Part shown: piece by piece, positions 56,440-64,000 of the stretch
Numbering within the stretch: the first letter of the stretch is position 1
Layout: each line of letters begins with the position of its first letter
Assembly: GCA_951406725.2 (NCBI GenBank)
Contig: OX597814.1
Coordinates: forward strand, 36,952,001-37,016,000
Direction: 5' to 3'
DNA: 64,000 nucleotides
From: Octopus vulgaris
Taxonomy: Eukaryota
Program-made: the position numbers and the translations under genes
The notes under the pieces: model-generated
The model's database searches: none
What the model was told of the DNA's origin: nothing
Seen by the model: the letters and a program-made list of their open reading frames with translations, nothing else

Positions 56440-57400
56440 CTAGACAAAATGAGATAACAAAGCCAAAGCTGTGAGTAGTCTTCAGGACATTTTAAAGGAA
56501 AAAGATAAAGATACAGTCTTACAGCTGTTTCTGGTATAATATGAATATCCCTTCATCAGAGATGGTGTGAGATTGTGAAAAAACGGGGACTACTTGAGTT
56601 CGAAATAAGAAATTATTATGGAAAAGGAGGAGATAGGGAATATAGAGGGAAAAAATAATAAAAGTAGAAATACAATGTAAAATATATAAAGATATTGTAG
56701 TTGCAGTTCCATTATTCTAGGATAGTGGTGTATAGAAGTGGTTAAAATGCTTCCTGTACATGGTATGTAAGTTCCAATAGTAGTTCATGTTTAGTTATTT
56801 CTAAGTATGGAGCCGTGGATTCTGTGTTGCTCATTCGGAAGCGCCTTGCAGTGTGAATGAAAATATGAGAATTTATTGGTTGTATTTGTTGTTTGATGGT
56901 TGGTGGGGGAAAGATTGTATGATTAGAATGAAGAGAAAGATCAAAATGAAAACAGGAAGAAAAAATGAGAGGAAGAGAGAAAAAGTGAAAAGAATGAAAA
57001 CGTGTACAAAGGGTGAAAGAAGTGAGAAAAGGAGTGTTAGTGTGTAGCCAAGATAATGTGAGAAGATGATAGTATAGGAATGGGGGAGGGATAAAAAGAG
57101 ATGAGAAGGTAAGGAGAGAACAAAATGAGAGAAAAAGGGAAAAGAATGAAAAACGTGTACAAAGAAGTGAGAAAAGGAGTGTTAGTGTTTAGTCAAGATA
57201 ATGTGAGAAGAGGATAGTATAGGAATGTGAGTAGGGGTGTTATGATAGAGCTGCATTAAAGGATGGGTAGCGAAAAGGTGTAGGTGTGGTGATACCAAAG
57301 TGAGTAGTAGATTTTAATAGTAAAATGTAAAGTCTAGGGATGACAAGGATGTCAAATTTCTATAAATATACATATATGATTGCATAGGTTACCGTGATAG
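56440..57400 (-). mobile_element. PLE-like terminal region with minimal HHR and ~100-bp direct repeat
   Basis: Minus tct-CTGATGA-agggatattcatattatacca-GAAAC-AGCT-GTA-aga at 56517-56564; 56976-57082 repeated at 57130-57227. Confidence 0.65.
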
Positions 57401-57721
57401 CTAGGAATTAAACAACAGAAAAGAAGGTGTAATGAAATACATACGCGCGCTCACTCATACATATATATGAGCACATATGCATACATACACACATACACAT
57501 ATATACATATACATACATGCGCATATACATGCACATACATAAATAGACGTGCGTGCTCCTGCACATCCGTAAATGTATTCATACATGCATATGCGTGCGC
57601 ATACATATATACATATATGAAGTTGAAAATGCACTGAGAATAATTTTTAAAAAAATTTCTACCAAAAATATTACTAATCCCACCGAATGCAATTTTTCAA
57701 AGTAAGACATTTAAAAAATAT

Positions 57722-57769
57722 AGACCTGTATCACAGTGATTTCATACTTACGTATTCATCAGCAGGCCT
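57722..57769 (-). ncRNA. Type I hammerhead ribozyme, copy A
   Basis: Exact reverse complement of copy B. Confidence 0.88.
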
Positions 57770-58106
57770 GAATGTATCATAAATAAACGACCCTGCCCCG
57801 CTTAAGCCGGTCAGCTAACTGATCAACATCAACGAAGCACATGGGTGAGTTTACATATATTACATCCTGTAAATGGCATACTTTTACGAATTGCATTTCG
57901 GGAAAGGAAAAGTTTTTTCGGAATAAAAATTTAGCAAAAAACTTTAGAAAAATTTAGAAAAAACTTTTCCTTTTCCGAAATGCAATTCGTAAAAGTATGC
58001 CATTTACAGGATGTAATATATGTAAACTCACCCATGTGCTTCGTTGATGTTGATCAGTTAGCTGACCGGCTTAAGCGGGGCAGGGTCGTTTATTTATGAT
58101 ACATTC

Positions 58107-58154
58107 AGGCCTGCTGATGAATACGTAAGTATGAAATCACTGTGATACAGGTCT
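58107..58154 (+). ncRNA. Type I hammerhead ribozyme, copy B
   Basis: Stem I AGGCCTG/CAGGTCT (7 bp, one G-U), core CTGATGA, stem II ATAC-GTAA-GTAT, GAAA, stem III ATCAC-T-GTGAT, AUA triplet; predicted cut after 58147. Confidence 0.9.
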
Positions 58155-58582
58155 ATATTTTTTAAATGTCTTACTTTGAAAAATTGCATTCGGTGGGATT
58201 AGTAATATTTTTGGTAGAAATGACTAATTGTCCCTCTTAGCGTGTGGCATGTATGTATAATGCCCTCTGGCATGTATGTATAATGCCCACTATATATAAA
58301 TTAATATGTTCAATAAGAAATAATTATTTTCGAAATTTATTCTCTTATGAGGTTTTCACGCTATCTACCTGACAATTTCTTGTTAAGTTTTCCTTATTAA
58401 GTAGTTGTCCTTAATTGCTAAATTTTTATTCCGAAAAAGCTTTTCCTTTCCCGAAATGCAATTCGTAAAAGTATGCCATTTACAGGATGTAATATATGTA
58501 AACTCACCCATGTGCTTCGTTGATGTTGATCAGTTAGCTGACCGGCTAAAGCGGGGCAGGGTCGTTTATTTATGATACATTC

Positions 58583-58630
58583 AGGCCTGCTGATGAATAC
58601 GTAAGTATGAAATCACTGTGATACAGGTCT
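58583..58630 (+). ncRNA. Type I hammerhead ribozyme, copy C
   Basis: Identical to copy B; predicted cut after 58623. Confidence 0.9.
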
Positions 58631-58884
58631 ATATTTTTTAAATGTCTTACTTTGAAAAATTGCATTCGGTGGGATTAGTAATATTTTTGGTAGAAATGAC
58701 TAATTGACCCTCTTAGCGTGTGGCATGTATGTATAATGCCCTCTGGCATGTATGTATAATGCCCTCTATATATAAATTAATATGTTCAATAAGAAATAAT
58801 TATTTTCGAAATTTATTCTCTTATGAGGTTTTCACGCTATCTACCTTATTAAGTTTTCCTTATTAAGTAGTTGTCCTTAATTGC

Positions 58885-58919
<35 letters not shown>

Positions 58920-59679
58920 TAGATAATTTTGGAAGATACTACAATTTAGTGTAAGAACCGACTGAAAATTATATTAGGATGCTAATGAAACATTTCGTAA
59001 TATATTAAATAATATACAGTGTCATTGCATATATTCTGAACAGAAAGTATTTCTGATAATAATTTCTTACATATCATTTTAATGTGCACCTGTAGAAATT
59101 TCGCAACAAATCTTCCATCAAATGCAAGTTTAAAGGGCGTGATGCATTTCTTGCGTTAGGAAAACAAAAATATCGCCACGTTACGCAGGTTAGCTGAGCT
59201 CCGGAGGAAATGTTATTTAAAATTAATGTGAAAGAGGATGTCTATAGAGAACGGTTTCAAAGCTTTCAGCTTCAAACCAGATTATGAATTTAAATGCTTC
59301 CACCAAATCATCGGTACATTTGTTTATATTTTCATGCAACAAAAACCCATTATGCAATTCGAGTACGTTAACGGAACAGTGAAAAGACAATTTTTCGGGA
59401 GGATAAAATGAAAGTCTGTTTTTTTCTTATCTAAATGTCAGTAATGGAGCTTTATTTCTTTTCTTAGACACTAACGCATTCCTTTATCGGAATACCACTG
59501 CTATAATAAATGCACTTGAATCGCTAACAAGATAAGCAACTATAGAATAAAACATTAATCAACTTAACGGATATTCATAATTGAAAGCACTTATCTTGAT
59601 GAAATATTTTATCATTAGCGTAAGGATTAATAACATAAGGGAAAACATTGTTTTAAAATGTGCATATACTTTTTCTGAA

Positions 59680-60150
59680 GAGCTTTCTCAAGTGGTGATT
59701 AAGGATTAATTTCATTGGAAGCAGGAAACAATGTACAACCTATTTCTTGGTCAATTGTTTCGTAACAATATCTCCAGAAGCTGAGGACACTGATAGGAAA
59801 AAGAAAGGGCTGAACAAAGGTGGAGTTGATTCAGCACAAGTTTACAGCTATCCGGCATTAGTGCTATTGGTATGTGATTGAACATTATAATTAGTGGATG
59901 TGATGGATTACTAACGCTAGTCCAAATGTCCGTCGTCCAAGTGATGAAAAGCTCCAGAAAAAAACTATCAGTGTATTTTGAATAAGAACTTTGCACAAAA
60001 TTGCACTTGACTGACTTCGATGTAAAGCAGAAATAGTCTCGCTTCCTTATAAATGCTCTGGTTATCAGAATTATCAAGGAGAAATCTCGAAGAAACGAAT
60101 ATTGCAGTAGACAAAAAATATTTACGCTGTGTATAATATATGCATTTAGC
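59680..60150 (-). mobile_element. hAT (ZBED-like) transposase remnant
   Basis: ITWTTDIWTSVSNPSH is the first catalytic Asp motif (TTDxWTS); downstream VVHCFL..MKLIL resembles CxxHxLxL. Confidence 0.65.
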
Positions 60151-62289
60151 AAGAATACAACTGAAACAAACTACCACGAGGATGTATTCTGCTGAGGAAA
60201 TTGCGATACAATACACTGTGATGTATATAGTAGAGCAATTGAGATTGTACGTTTTATTAGTAGACAAACGTTTCCTGGAGACGCACTTGAAATTACAAGA
60301 AATATAAACGATATACCCGAGCGATACCGCCTGAAAAGAAGCACAATACATTATGAACCAATAAAATATATACCCTCAACATATTTTGCATTTAAGGTCG
60401 TCTTATATTTATTATGTACGTATTATATACCCGTGAATTATAAATACAACTGCATACTATCTCTATTTAATCGAACGAAACTACTTCTGTTCGATATATG
60501 AGAAGATTTTGAGGTAACAAGCTGAAAAGAAAAGTTGCATTAAAGGCATTAACAGTTGAATTTGTTGTCTCGTTGTTTTTAAAAACAAACAATGATCGAA
60601 GTTAAAAATTTGCAGCATTGAATTTGTGATCACAACACTTATTAAACTCAATATATGAAACCAGATTCTACCGTACGTCTCTCCACATTCGCGAAAAATT
60701 AAAATGTGATCAAAGAATCGAATAGTCTGGTATTTCTAGCAACTCAAAGGATACTTTTTAGCTTTCGTCTTTGGCTGTCCATAGAAATCGTAAACATGCA
60801 GAACAAGAACGTATGCTAATCTGAATATGTTATGTGTAAGACATGATATATTCTGAGCGAAAACTTTTTCTGAGTTCATAATGTAATGTAAGCAAATTTG
60901 AGATACATCAAGTATATCTTGCAATTAACAGCATATATTACTTTCAGTGCTAGAAGGTAGTCTCCCTTGTGCTGCATTTACCGGGTCTTTTAGCATCATG
61001 CTGATGGAGATGTTGGTTCAATCGCTAACGAACTTGCCGTATAACGGGTTTTAAAAATTACACATAAAAATTGTTTACGTTGATGACGTAATATCACAAA
61101 ATACGACATCGATTATATGCATAATCATTTCTATAAATACTGAAGAAACAACCAAACGCATCTTTACAACTTAAACAATGTCTGCAAGACAAACAAGGAA
61201 TGTAAATTCGTTTTAGTGGAAGACCATTGTATTTTTCATGCAATCTTGTTACCAGATTTACTATTGATTTTCTTTTGCTCACGTAATGCCTTATACACTG
61301 AAATTAAATTGGAAAAGATTTATGAAAATCAGATATTTTTTAGCAGAGATAATTCTAAAATATGATAGAAATTAATTCTTCAGAAAATTCCTACCGAATT
61401 TGTTGAGTTGAAATGTATTTAAGTGGTTGATAAATAAGTTTCTTAGACAAAGTATACAGAATGATTCTATTTATTTCCTTCCTTATCGTTTTGCTTTTAG
61501 AATTATTTGCAAATTATCGATAGAAAAGATTAGTAAGATGACATATTAACTTCAGAAAGAAAATTCCAAAGCAAGAAAAAAAGGTACAAATAATGTTGTA
61601 AAGACAGTGAAGTAAAGTAGAATTCTTTACGAGGATTTAATTATATTTTCCCTATAGTTATTTTGATAATACTTACATTAAAGTTTTTTGTCTCAGAAAT
61701 AACATTATAGAAGAAAAAATATTATTTTGAAGTATTTCTAGATATAAATATGATTTATGAATAATAAATATCCGCCGAAAATATTTTTTAGACACGTTAG
61801 AGTTTGGAAGTGTTTTCAAATCATATTTTCTCTCTTTGTTTGATTTATTTCCAACAAAATGCAGGATATTATCACAAAGTGTTAACGTATGAGAAGTTTT
61901 TAGATAATTTAAACATTTTGCACATAATATATAAATGAAGGCGTTGATTTGAATATTTGCTAATGATAAGAAACGAATAAAACTGAGAAATAAATTTTAA
62001 AATTTAAAAATGTAACATATGCCTAAATGTGTAACACGAATAACATTAGGTTTGAGCTCAACAATTGTGGAAACTAAATGATTAATATCTCGCTGAACTC
62101 AGAATTAAATGCTATAAGTTATATATACTAAATCTTAAACTTTCTTTCTAACCATTTTTGTCGTCACACCTGTATATTTTTCTCTTCGGTACCTCTGCAT
62201 TACTACTTTCTGTTCTCTATTTTTATAGCAATAGCAGTGATTACACTGAATTGTTTCTGCGCCCGAAAAAATGATTTGACATAAATCTT

Positions 62290-62580
62290 CCGACTCGTTA
62301 TGTCCGAAGTTCAAATCACGCCGCGGTCAACTTTGCATTTAATCATTCTGTGTTGATAAAATAATTTATTAGACTTGTACTAGACACGATAGTATTGATA
62401 GTCGCTATATCAGCTTTGCGTTTCCCTTGGATAACATCGGAAGCTTGGAGAGGGGAGACTTGTATACGTGGACGCTTGCTGGTCTTCTACAAGCAACATT
62501 GCCAAGGCTTGTGCTTTGGGGAAAAACTATCCAGGTGCAATCCCACGGTCATTCATGACCGAAGGGGGTCTTTACCTTTT
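62290..62580 (+). mobile_element. Degenerate Nin-domain SINE with LINE-like 3' tail
   Basis: gttcaaatcacgccgcggtcaactttgcatttaatc core; ends catgaccgaagggggtctttacctttt. Confidence 0.6.
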
Positions 62581-62989
62581 ATCCTACAATATCTGATATT
62601 ATCCAAATATATATTACGATGTATAAATTGCAGTTATGTGCTCATAACTAATTTCATCCTGCAGATTTCGAATTTGTTCTCATCATAATATCCATTAACA
62701 ATATAAATATTGCAACACGTTGCATTTCGGACTTTTCAGACTGCGGTGTTTACTGAAGACTTTTCTAACACTAAAACAGTTCAATTCTCATAATTTGGAA
62801 GGTGAACACTAAAAATGCAAAACGTTTGTATCAACTATAATCTGAATGCCTTAAATATTCGTTAAGAATTTATAAATGGAAGAGACAATAATATCTGTTG
62901 TTGCTATTGTTCTTGTTCCGCTTGTGCATGTTAATATAGTTAGGAATTTTATCTTGATGTTCGGTGACAAGACTCCTTTCAACAATCTT

Positions 62990-63490
62990 CCAAGGGATAG
63001 GATTCTTGCGGAATATAAGATGGTTCTTTCTTGCATGCCAACAATCTACTGTTTCTGTTTCAATCCTTTGCTGTCGTTTTGGTATCACTGCGGGCATTGT
63101 GCCTAGTGCACTAATTACTACAACTATAACCGTTGTCTTGGTCTTCCTGAGACTTTCCAGCTCTCAAGTCTTTCAATTCATTTAGTATTATTTCTTTTAT
63201 CATAGGAAATTGCAAAATCTATGACATTACACTGTTTGCTTGTTTTGTCTTCTACGATCATATCCGATCTTCTTGTTTCAATAGCAGGACCAGTCATTAT
63301 GGTGACATCCTACAAGATCTTGTGATTCTCATTTTCTATCGCATCCCCGGACTTATGTTTATACCACATTTTCTGTTGTTTTGAAGCCACGCACTCGGCT
63401 ATCATCCCAAATCACTAGTTTGCCTACACAGTTATGCCTGCGCTTATACAGCTTTTGTGGCAGTATACCGCACATACCCAAACTCTGTAA
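62990..63490 (-). mobile_element. R4/Dong-like LINE 3' fragment (RLE domain)
   Basis: LYKRRHNCVGKLVIW..WYKHK..IENENHKIL*DVTI..RRSDMIVEDKTSKQCNVIDFAISYD..VVVISALGT..MQERTILYSARIL. Confidence 0.85.
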
Positions 63491-64000
63491 TTTTGAATTA
63501 TACATAAACCCAGTAATGGAGCATCAGTATCTGAGTATCATTGTCTACCTGCCTTCTATTAGCGTGAATGTACGTACACTGGAGTGAAGCATTAATTGTA
63601 TATATACATATATATATATATATCGAATATTTATTAGAGAGTATTCATATAATAATGGAATTTCATTTCCAATAATGTAGTATATAATATGTAGTTGTCT
63701 CCTTACGTTTATATCAGTTAATCCGGACAAGATTCCCTTCCTACATTGGTCACTGTATATGGTTCTATTAACGTATACTTAGTATTTCCATCGCTTCATT
63801 TTAATTACATGAATAGTTCTTTTAGCGAACGCTGTGTAATTTGAAATAGCTGCTTTTGCTACATTGTAAAGTTTAGAAATATATAGACTAAGCGAAGTAG
63901 TAATCAACGTGACACACAACCTTCATCGGTTCTTCTATGACATAAAGTTTTATGGGTATCTGTATTCCACCAAAACAACTGAAGAATTTCATAAGAAAGT

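Larger units (their letters stand above)
57617..58889. mobile_element. Non-autonomous HHR retroelement (retrozyme/PLE-like): one inverted partial copy plus two tandem copies, period 476 nt
   Basis: A (minus) 57655-57936; B (plus) ~57958-58415; C (plus) 58416-58889; B and C differ by a few substitutions and one 10-nt indel; no ORF; flanked by AT microsatellite. Confidence 0.88.

Noticed and set aside
60700-61300. Possible Tc1 transposase relic
   Set aside because: No convincing GRPR/HTH or DDE motif, and no TIR pair found.

Overview
AT-rich, microsatellite-dense eukaryotic DNA with no intact protein-coding gene that I can support. The tRNA-derived SINEs resemble, from memory, the octopus OK/OR families, so this is most likely intronic or intergenic coleoid cephalopod (Octopus) sequence. 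Most ORF-track entries are translations of (TA)n/(CA)n repeats or TE remnants. Recognisable content: a rearranged Penelope-like element, a non-autonomous Helitron with three helicase-motif remnants, a Tc1/mariner MITE, RTE and R4/Dong-type LINE remnants, hAT and mariner transposase fragments, and about ten SINEs. The main theme is hammerhead-ribozyme (HHR) elements inserted in (TA)n tracts. (1) 57617-58889 is a young 476-nt-period tandem-plus-inverted array with three sequence-intact type I HHRs and no ORF (retrozyme or non-autonomous Penelope-like). (2) 11780-13770 is a ~2-kb imperfect palindrome whose arms each carry a diverged paralogous ORF of unknown family, with many synonymous differences, followed by an HHR-like motif. 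All alignments and folds were done by eye.
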